Of a DNA stretch of 64,000 bases, positions 10,668 through 18,608 are shown one piece after another. How positions within the stretch are numbered: position 1 is the first letter of the stretch; the number at the start of each line of letters is the position of its first letter. Origin of the DNA: Chitinophagaceae bacterium. Its GTDB lineage: Bacteria > Bacteroidota > Bacteroidia > Chitinophagales > Chitinophagaceae. The DNA lies in NCBI GenBank assembly GCA_049840855.1, contig JASGJF010000034.1, positions 3,520 to 67,519 of the forward strand. The letters are read 5' to 3'. Position numbers and translations under genes: made by a program. A model generated the notes under the pieces. The model was given only the letters and a program-made list of their open reading frames with translations, was not told where the DNA came from and ran no database searches.

Positions 10668-10897
10668 AGACAAATGTAAAACATCCGGTAAGATAAACGC
10701 AACATTTATCCGGTTGTATTGTTCATACTCCGGCACACCAAAAAGAAGGTCCTCACGTCGTTGAAAAAAATACCAAGCTGCCATCACCTGTACGCCGCAA
10801 TAGGGCAGCCTGGGGTAGCGTGAGGGTGAACTCTTTTCCGAACGTATTTTCTGTACAGATTCTGGTTTAACTTTATTGTGTCACATAAGTTCCCTGT

Positions 10898-11772
10898 ATG
10901 AAACCACTACTACTCATTGTCGCGCTGTGCGGCGCAATCCTGCCGGCATACGCGCAGCAGGATTCTTCGACGTACTATTACAATTCGGAGTGGCGGGATA
11001 CGAGTGCCGATCATGCCGCTTATTACCGGAAGGCATTCCGCACAGACAATCATTGGGGCGTACGCGACTATTACATGAACGGCACTTTACAGATGACAGG
11101 TGCCTATGCCGATGCTGCAATGAAGGTGCGCGACGGTGCATTTGTGTATTATGATGAATCGGGCGTTCGTGAAAGTTACGGATCTTTTACCCGCGGCATG
11201 CGCAGCGGCGAATGGATGGATGTGTATGAGACAGGCGCCGTCAGATCCCGGGCGGTATAAAAGCCGGTAATATAGAAGGATGGTGGAACAACTGGTATGC
11301 AAACGGAAAGTTGCGTGCACGCGGTAAATACCGCCATAATAAAGCTGTGGGTCGCTGGAAATGGTATTACGAAAACGGTGTGGTCGCGTCCAGCGAAAAA
11401 TACCGCAGCGGTAAACTCCGGAAAGCCACATTCTACAATGAAGACGGAAGCAAAACGCCGGGTAAGCCACAGATAGAAGTGATGGCCGAATACAAAGGAG
11501 GAGAAACGGCTTTGTACAGATACCTGCAAAATAATATCCGTTATCCCCAGGATGCGATAGAACAGGATTGGGAAGGAACGGTACGCGTTCGCTTTATTGT
11601 GGATACAGATGGTTCGGTTATTAAGCCCGTGATACGCCGCGGAGCGTACCCTGCTCTGGATGCCGAAGCACTCCGGGTGGTCCGTTCGATGCCAGCCTGG
11701 ACACCGGCCCGCTCGCACAATCTGCCCGTTCGTGTTTATTTCCTTGTACCGGTGACATTCCGGCTGCAATAG
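10898..11772 (+). CDS. TonB-family energy transducer with N-terminal MORN-variant/YwqK-like repeats; 1-nt deletion near 11259
   Basis: YYxNG repeats, then YPQDAIEQDWEGTVRVRFIVDTDGSV...LDAEALRVV...WTPA TonB_C. The left-arm copy restores the frame. Confidence 0.88.
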
Positions 11773-11788
11773 CATACCAGTATCCGGT

Positions 11789-11819
11789 TTTGACATGTAA
11801 TGACGCAGCTCTATATTTG
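11789..11819 (+). promoter_or_regulatory. Bacteroidota sigma-A promoter (-33 TTTG / -7 TAnnTTTG)
   Basis: TTTG 11789-11792, 19-nt spacer, TATATTTG 11812-11819. Confidence 0.75.
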
Positions 11820-11827
11820 TGGCCTTC

Positions 11828-12435
11828 ATGATGCGGACGAAATATTTTTTACTGGCCCTGGTCCTGTTTGCAGGTCACAGAGCATATGCCCAAAACAGGA
11901 TAAGTTGGGATGGGATCTTTACTCCCGGATTGCAGGATTTTCGTTCGCCGCAAACTCGGATCAGTCACGATATAAACGCCAACAGCATGAGCGCAGCTGT
12001 ACGGATTGAATTCTCTTTTCTGATGTCGAATGGTCAGTTCATGTTCACGAAGAACTTCAACGATAAGGTCGACTGCACTTTTGATCCTTCCGTTTCTTTC
12101 CTGGTTGCGCAGGATTCGGCTACCGCATCAGACTTCGTGCAATTTACCTGCTTTTCATTCGACCTTGCGGAACTGTACGCACGGAAGATGCGCCAGCGGC
12201 TGTACGAGGAAAAGCGGGCATTTTCACGCAGCGATTTCTATCAGCCGGTATATGACGAGTTATCCCACGAATACGACGTGCGCCGCAGTAATGCGCTGCA
12301 GGAAACGGAAATGGGAGTCGTAAACGTGAATTGCTTGCGCAATTGCATCAGGCAGTGAAAACGGAGATCGGACAGCTGCCGGACTTTTGCAAAACCTGCA
12401 AGCCGGCGAAGAAGAAACCGGTCCCGTATGGATGA
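11828..12435 (+). CDS. Secreted hypothetical protein, frameshift near 12316; corrected C-terminus ...LPDFCKTCKPAKKKPVPYG*
   Basis: Signal peptide; the alternative frame after EMG continues to a TGA that overlaps the next ATG (ATGA). Confidence 0.7.
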
Positions 12436-12896
12436 TCTCAACTGATAACCACAATAATCTGTCACATTACGGAGTTTTATTACGCTGTATTGACAACCTG
12501 ATCATAGATACGGACCCCGCTAAGCTGGACATAGCATATATGACCGCATTTTTGTCACAGACCTACTGGGCGCAGGGGCGGTCTCAGGCACAGATGCAGC
12601 AGTGCGTGGATCATTCGCTTAATTTCGGTGTGTACCTGCACGGCAACCAGATCGGCTATGCACGTGTGGTGTCGGACACCGTACAGTTTGCCTACCTGAT
12701 GGATGTATTTATTGATCCGCAGCATCGCGGCAAAGGTTATTCGCTGCAACTGGTGGATTACATATTGCAATTTCCGGAGTTGCGGGATGTTCGGGTCTGG
12801 CGATTGGCTTCCAATGATGCACGCGGCTTATACCAGCGTTTTGGCTTTACCCGGCTGGCACATCCTGAAAAAATGATGGAGCGGATACGGTCTTAG
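12432..12896 (+). CDS. GNAT family N-acetyltransferase
   Basis: YWAQGR...QIGYARVVSD...FAYLMDVFIDPQHRGKG...ARGLYQRFGF. Confidence 0.9.
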   Translation: MISTDNHNNLSHYGVLLRCIDNLIIDTDPAKLDIAYMTAFLSQTYWAQGRSQAQMQQCVDHSLNFGVYLHGNQIGYARVVSDTVQFAYLMDVFIDPQHRGKGYSLQLVDYILQFPELRDVRVWRLASNDARGLYQRFGFTRLAHPEKMMERIRS

Positions 12897-13252
12897 TCCT
12901 GGTAGACTGTTTCCTGGTAAACGGCGTTGCTGAAATCTTCATTATTGATCCTGGTGTTTCCCGCGAATCCTCCCAGATACCCGATCTCATTGCACTGATC
13001 ATCCATAACTGTCGCCGCCATATCCGCCCCGCAGTTACCCGGAGCAACTACATATACCTTTTTTCCCTGGAACAGGTATTGTTTTACGGAATTGCCCTGG
13101 GGGCAGGAGCCTCCGGATTTCAGGAATGCTTCCAGCTTTTTGTCGAGGCAGGCGGGGTATTTCGCTGAGATGCGTCCGGTGGTATGTTTGGAGCAGGCTG
13201 CAGAGAAGAGCAGTGCAAGCGCACAAACACTCAGGGTCAGTGTATGTTTCAT
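12893..13252 (-). CDS. Lipoprotein, DUF6970-like
   Basis: Lipobox SAAC; PACL, QYLFQGKKVY, CGADM, DDQCNEIGYLGGFAG. Confidence 0.75.
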   Translation of the reverse strand: MKHTLTLSVCALALLFSAACSKHTTGRISAKYPACLDKKLEAFLKSGGSCPQGNSVKQYLFQGKKVYVVAPGNCGADMAATVMDDQCNEIGYLGGFAGNTRINNEDFSNAVYQETVYQD

Positions 13253-13294
13253 AGATGGTCTTATAGGGCAAAGGTAGCCTTGCTCAGCTTTCTG

Positions 13295-13704
13295 TTAATG
13301 TCTGTACACGGAAAAGTTATGATCAATAAATATTACGTGAAACACAAATTTATTGCGGTATCCGACAAAGGGCGCTTTCCCATAAAATCGCAAAGCAAGA
13401 AAATGTTCGACATCTTCTGATATTCCGGCGGGGATTCCCGGTTGTATGGCGGATCTGGCTATTTTCTCAGAACCCATTCCATGCCTGTGAGCCAGCTGGA
13501 TATCTTGCCAGTCCATTTTGGATAAGATGCATAATCGCTCTACGAAAGTAATTTTTGTTCTGCAGTACAGGGTTCCAACCCGTAGTCTTTATGTAAGTAT
13601 TTGAAGCAGAAAATAGGGTGTTTATAATGAAACGATGTGGTTGTCTCTTCACGCGGAGCAAGTTTTGAACTTTTATTTAAAGCGGGTAACTTTATTTTGG
13701 TCAT
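13295..13704 (-). CDS. MAG6450-like protein, putative toxin; homopolymer frameshift near 13554
   Basis: MTKIKLP...HPIFCFKYL...EQK then, adding one A, ITFVERLCILSKMDWQDIQLAHRHGMGSEKI...LRFYGKAPFVGYRNKFVFHVIFIDHNFSVYRH. Confidence 0.72.
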
Positions 13705-13717
13705 CAGTCGCGGATAA

Positions 13718-14147
13718 TTAAGCTCTGGAAAAATAATCCCGGAGCAATTCATGATCTATCTCCTGGTTTCTCGGAGTTTCCATCCGAGGACGTTCCGAAT
13801 GAGTTAAGTTTCGCAATTTCCAGGCAGAGAACTGTCCGTAGACAGAGTGGATCTCTTTTATCAGTTCAATTTGCTCAGCCGTAAATGTTCGGTGAGCATC
13901 AAAATCTGAAGGGTAAGGCAATCCGGTAGCGCCATATTCTTTAAAGTGATGATACAGGCTTTCGACAACCGGACCATGTTCCCATGCAAGAATAGGCTCG
14001 TTGAAAAATGCTGTTCCTTTAATTGCTAAATGAAAACCTTGTGCATAGTAAACCAGTTTCTGCACTTTTAAATTAAGAAATATGGTCACCCACTTCCGGT
14101 TCGGACAACATGATAAAAGCATTTGCTATGTCTAAAACGTTAACCAT
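13718..14147 (-). CDS. Panacea (DUF4065/SocA-like) antitoxin; frameshift near 14075
   Basis: MVNVLDIANAFI...DHIS / NLKVQKLVYYAQG...FNEPILAWEHGPVVESLY...YGQFSAWKLRNLTHSE motifs. Confidence 0.88.
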
Positions 14148-14332
14148 GCTACAAAAATACTTTTAATTTCTTGGCTCCTTTCTTTTTAAATGCTTATTTT
14201 CTGCCTTATATCTGTTCCGGTAAACCGCCTGACTAATCGAATGGCTGTAATTCTTCATTTGTCATGGCTTGCGCTTCCGACCACTGTTTTTTTGACCTAT
14301 ATTTGCGCTGCAAAAATAGAAACCTGTTCCGC

Positions 14333-15354
14333 ATGTTCCGCTATCTGAAATTATCTTTGTTTTCTTTTATATGTGTGCTGGGGCTCACAGCCTGTGGCGG
14401 TGGTTTCCAAAGCCCCTCAACAGCCTGTTTCCGGAGTATTTGCCGTGCCGGAAATCGCTGAAGTATCTGCACGTATAGAAAAAGATGGTAATAATGCTGC
14501 GCCGTATTACAAGCGCGCCATGCTGCTGCGGGAGCAGGGTGCCGACTCGCTGGCCCTCACAGATCTCAAAAAAACGGTATCGCTGGATAGCACCAAGGAC
14601 ATATTATTTTTCCTCGATAGGCGAACTGCTGTTTGAGCACAAAGACGTGCAGGGGTCCATCGAATATTTTAAAAGGCTATCGGCATTGATCCGAACGATC
14701 CCGTTGCGCATCTGAAATATGCAAAATTGCTGATGTTCACCGATAATAATCAGGAGGCATTCACTGAGATCAATACCGTATTGCGTCGCAACCCATACAG
14801 CGGCGAAGCGTATTTCCTGAAAGAAATGGTATATAAAAACCTGAAGGATACGAATAAGGCTTTGTCAAGCTTCCAGACTTCCATCCAGGTAGATCCGCAA
14901 TATCAGCCGTCCTTTCTGCAGTTGGGGAGCGATCTACGCATCCCGTAAAGATTCGCTGGCCCTGCGTTATTTTGAAAATGCATACCTGATCGATTCTTCC
15001 CAGATGATCGGCCGCTATTCGCAGGCGATGTTCTACCAGGATGCGGGTGCTTACGAAAAAGCTAAAGTGGTTTACCGGAAGATCATTCTTAAAGATCCGC
15101 AATATGCCGATGCGTTCTTCAACATGGGTTGGATACTGATGCGACAGGATTCTTTTGAGAAAGCTGCAAGGCAATTTGATCTGGTGACACGTATCGAGCC
15201 CGCCAATGCGGGAGCGTATTACAACAGAGGTGTTTGCTACGAGCTGTTGCACAGGACTCAGGAGGCTTTGTCTGACTACAGACAGGCCGTAGAACTCGAC
15301 GATACCTACACCGACGCAAAATCCGGCGTACAAAGACTTTCTTCCCAAAAATAG
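14333..15354 (+). CDS. TPR-repeat lipoprotein, several frameshifts
   Basis: Lipobox LTAC; TPR segments in ORFs 14373, 14727 and 15004; TATATTTG promoter at 14298-14305. Confidence 0.82.
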
Positions 15355-15383
15355 TTTTACTTTATTCTTCAATTACAGATAAA

Positions 15384-16031
15384 ATGATAGCACCTTCCGT
15401 ATTGTCCGCTGATTTCCTGAACCTGGGTCGTGATGTGAAAATGATCAATGAGAGCGAGGCCGCACTGTTCCATGTGGATGTAATGGATGGCCGTTTTGTA
15501 CCGAATATCAGTTTCGGGCTGCCGGTGATCAAAGCGATTAAAAAACTCGCAAAAAAGCCGCTGGATGTACACCTGATGATTGTGGAGCCGGAAAAATATT
15601 TCGAAGACTTTAAAAATGCGGGTGCAGATATTCTTTCCGTTCACGTAGAAGCGTGCGTGCACCTGCACCGCAGCCTGCAAAGCATCAAAGCGCTGGGTAT
15701 GAAGGCGGGTGTCGCTATCAATCCGCATACGCCTGTTTCCGTACTGTCGGAAGTGATCATGGATACAGACCTGGTATGTATGATGAGTGTGAATCCCGGA
15801 TTCGGCGGTCAGTCTTTTATTCCCAATACATTGAACAAGATCCGTGAACTGAAAAAAATGATCACGGAAAAAGGCGCATCAACACTGATAGAAATAGATG
15901 GTGGTGTAACGCTGGAAAATGCCGCTACCATAATTGAAGCCGGAGCGGATGTGCTGGTTGCCGGTAATACGGTATTCAGCGCTGCTGATCCTGAAAAGAT
16001 GATCAGCGACCTGCACCGTTTATCAAAATAA
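15384..16031 (+). CDS. rpe: Ribulose-phosphate 3-epimerase
   Basis: IAPSVLSADF, HVDVMDGRFVPN, DVHLM, MSVNPGFGGQ, IEIDGG. Confidence 0.98.
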   Translation: MIAPSVLSADFLNLGRDVKMINESEAALFHVDVMDGRFVPNISFGLPVIKAIKKLAKKPLDVHLMIVEPEKYFEDFKNAGADILSVHVEACVHLHRSLQSIKALGMKAGVAINPHTPVSVLSEVIMDTDLVCMMSVNPGFGGQSFIPNTLNKIRELKKMITEKGASTLIEIDGGVTLENAATIIEAGADVLVAGNTVFSAADPEKMISDLHRLSK

Positions 16032-16051
16032 ATGACGCTGTACTGCGTTTA

Positions 16052-18520
16052 ATGCTCTATATGAATTTGTTTCGCCCCGTCGCCTTTCTGATCGTATTGC
16101 TGTTTGCTTTGCCTGCCGCGTCTGTAGCGCAGCTTGCTCCTGCTGTGCTGGAAGGCCTGGTGCGCGACGATAATGGTAATCCTTTTGCCGATGTACGTGT
16201 TACCGTTGCCGGTTCCGACAATATCCTGCTCACCGGTTCAGACGGGCGTTACCGTATCGAACTGTCTCCTTCTGTAACGCATACGGTCTCCTTCGCAAGC
16301 TTCGGCTACGAAACGCATAAGAAGCGGGTGACCCTGAAGCCCGGAGAACATAAGACCGTTGACCTGCGTATGCGCATACAGGATATTGAACTGCGTACAT
16401 TCGAAAAGAAGGATGATTCACGCAAAAAAGAAGCCGGAGCCGTATATATTGATCCTAAAAAAGCGCAGCAGATCGCCGGTCCCATCGGCGGAATTGAAGG
16501 CATCATCAAAACCCTCGTGGGCAGTACAAACGAATTGACTTCCCAATACAGTGTACGTGGCGGAAACTACGACGAGAACCTTGTGTATGTAAACGATTTT
16601 GAAATATACCGTCCCTTTCTTGTCCGCAGTGGTCAGCAGGAAGGGCTCAGCTTCGTAAATGCGGATCTTACCCAGAACGTGAGCTTTTCTGTGGGCGGCT
16701 TCCAGGCACGTTACGGAGATAAAATGTCGTCCGTGCTGGACGTAACCTATAAGACACCGAAGCAATTCGCCGGTTCTGTTTCCGGAAGCCTGCTCGGCGG
16801 GAGCGTACACCTGGAGGGTGCTTCCCGCAATAAGAAATTTACGTATCTCGTCGGAGCGCGCCAGAAAAGCAATCAGTACCTGCTCAAAAGCCAGCCTACA
16901 AAAGGGATATACAATCCTTCGTTTACCGACCTGCAGGGACTGCTGCGTTACCGTTTCAACCGTAAATGGGAAACGGAACTGATCATCAACTACGCACGCA
17001 ACCGCTTTTCCTACATCCCGGAAGAACAGACAAGCAGCTTCGGTCTGGCCAATAAGGCATACCAGCTCCGTGTGTTGTACACAGGCAGTGAGATCGACCA
17101 GTTTGATTCCCGCTTCGGAGGTTATTCCGTTACCTTCCGCCCGAATGAAAACCTGAAATTAAAATTGCTGGCGTCGGCTTTCCAGACCAATGAACAGGAG
17201 ACCTACGATATCAGCGGGGAGTATGTACTCGGAGAATTGGAAACGGATCTTGGAAAATCCAACTTCGGGCAGACAAAATACAGTCTTGGTACAGGTGTAA
17301 TCCAGAATTACGGAAGGAATTACCTGAAGGTGAATGTGTATACCGCGGCACACCGGGGCTCTTACGATGCAGGCAATCACTTCATCCAGTGGGGCGCAGA
17401 TTTTACGCGTCTGGATATACGCGACGAGTTGCACTCGTATCAGCGCCGCGACTCCGCCGGGTTTACGCAGCCTTTCAGCACTACCGACCTTACCATGCAG
17501 AACGTGTATGTTTCCGCCAACACCATACAGCCATTCCGCGTGAGTGGTTTTCTGCAGGATAATTTCCGTTTCAATGACAGCTCCCGTTATTCAGGATCTT
17601 TTGGCGTGCGGTATCTCTATAATAGTCTGAATAAAGAAAAGATCCTGAGTCCGAGACTCCAGTTGGGTTATAAACCACGTTGGAAAAAAGACTGGTCTTT
17701 CCGTTTCGCCACCGGCTACTATGCGCAACCGGCGTTTTACCGCGAATTGCGCGATCTGCAGGGCAATACAAATCTCAATGTGCAGTCGCAGAAGTCTTAC
17801 CATGTGCTGGCCGGAACAGAAACCAATTTCACTGCCAATGGTAGTCCGTTCCGCTTTACTACCGAAGTGTACTACAAGAAACTCTGGGACCTTGTGCCCT
17901 ATGAATACGATGGTATCAAAATCCGCTACTACGGTACGAATTCAAGCCGCGGTTATGCATACGGAGGAGAAGTACGCTTGTATGCCGACCTGGTAAAGGA
18001 CGCCACATCCTGGATATCGCTCGCCGTGATGAAAACAGAGGAGCAGATATTACAGGCTTATAAAGGTGCCGGCGGACAGGACAGTGCTTATGTGTACTCG
18101 CAGTATGTGCCTCGCCCTACGGATCAGCGCGTAATGGTATCCATGTTCTTCCAGGATTACCTGCCGCAGAATCACAACTTCCGCGTGCACCTGAATATGA
18201 TGTACGGAACAGGCCTGCCTTTCGGTTATCCGAACGGTAACCGACTGGATGATGTGCTGCGCATGCCGGCTTACAAACGCGTGGATATCGGTTTTTCGGC
18301 ATTGCTGCTGGATGGTACGAAAAAGGGAAAACGTCCGAGCCACAGCTTTTTCAACAACCTTGAATCTATATGGACGAGCCTCGAAGTATTCAATCTGCTG
18401 AATATTCAGAATACGCTTTCCTACACATGGATCCAGGATCAGACCTCAAATAAGATTTATGCGGTTCCGAACCGGCTCACATCGCGATTGCTGAACCTGA
18501 AGGTGGTTGTTTCGTTCTGA
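16052..18520 (+). CDS. TonB-dependent receptor with CarboxypepD_reg-like N-terminal domain
   Basis: Plug YSVRGGNYDENLVYVNDFEIYRP, GGFQARYGDKMSSVLD; terminal Phe. Confidence 0.9.
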   Translation: MLYMNLFRPVAFLIVLLFALPAASVAQLAPAVLEGLVRDDNGNPFADVRVTVAGSDNILLTGSDGRYRIELSPSVTHTVSFASFGYETHKKRVTLKPGEHKTVDLRMRIQDIELRTFEKKDDSRKKEAGAVYIDPKKAQQIAGPIGGIEGIIKTLVGSTNELTSQYSVRGGNYDENLVYVNDFEIYRPFLVRSGQQEGLSFVNADLTQNVSFSVGGFQARYGDKMSSVLDVTYKTPKQFAGSVSGSLLGGSVHLEGASRNKKFTYLVGARQKSNQYLLKSQPTKGIYNPSFTDLQGLLRYRFNRKWETELIINYARNRFSYIPEEQTSSFGLANKAYQLRVLYTGSEIDQFDSRFGGYSVTFRPNENLKLKLLASAFQTNEQETYDISGEYVLGELETDLGKSNFGQTKYSLGTGVIQNYGRNYLKVNVYTAAHRGSYDAGNHFIQWGADFTRLDIRDELHSYQRRDSAGFTQPFSTTDLTMQNVYVSANTIQPFRVSGFLQDNFRFNDSSRYSGSFGVRYLYNSLNKEKILSPRLQLGYKPRWKKDWSFRFATGYYAQPAFYRELRDLQGNTNLNVQSQKSYHVLAGTETNFTANGSPFRFTTEVYYKKLWDLVPYEYDGIKIRYYGTNSSRGYAYGGEVRLYADLVKDATSWISLAVMKTEEQILQAYKGAGGQDSAYVYSQYVPRPTDQRVMVSMFFQDYLPQNHNFRVHLNMMYGTGLPFGYPNGNRLDDVLRMPAYKRVDIGFSALLLDGTKKGKRPSHSFFNNLESIWTSLEVFNLLNIQNTLSYTWIQDQTSNKIYAVPNRLTSRLLNLKVVVSF

Positions 18521-18608
18521 TTCACCGAAAATCCCTCTCCTTTTCACCTACCTCTGATGCATTTGTGCACAAAGCTTTGCTAATATTGCATTTCAAAGCA
18601 CACCACCT

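Larger units (their letters stand above)
5821..11301. repeat. Right arm of the inverted duplication, indel-rich, net 41 nt shorter than the left arm
   Basis: Reverse complement of 1..5522; T9SS, thiD, thiE and thiM copies are fragmented. Confidence 0.97.
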
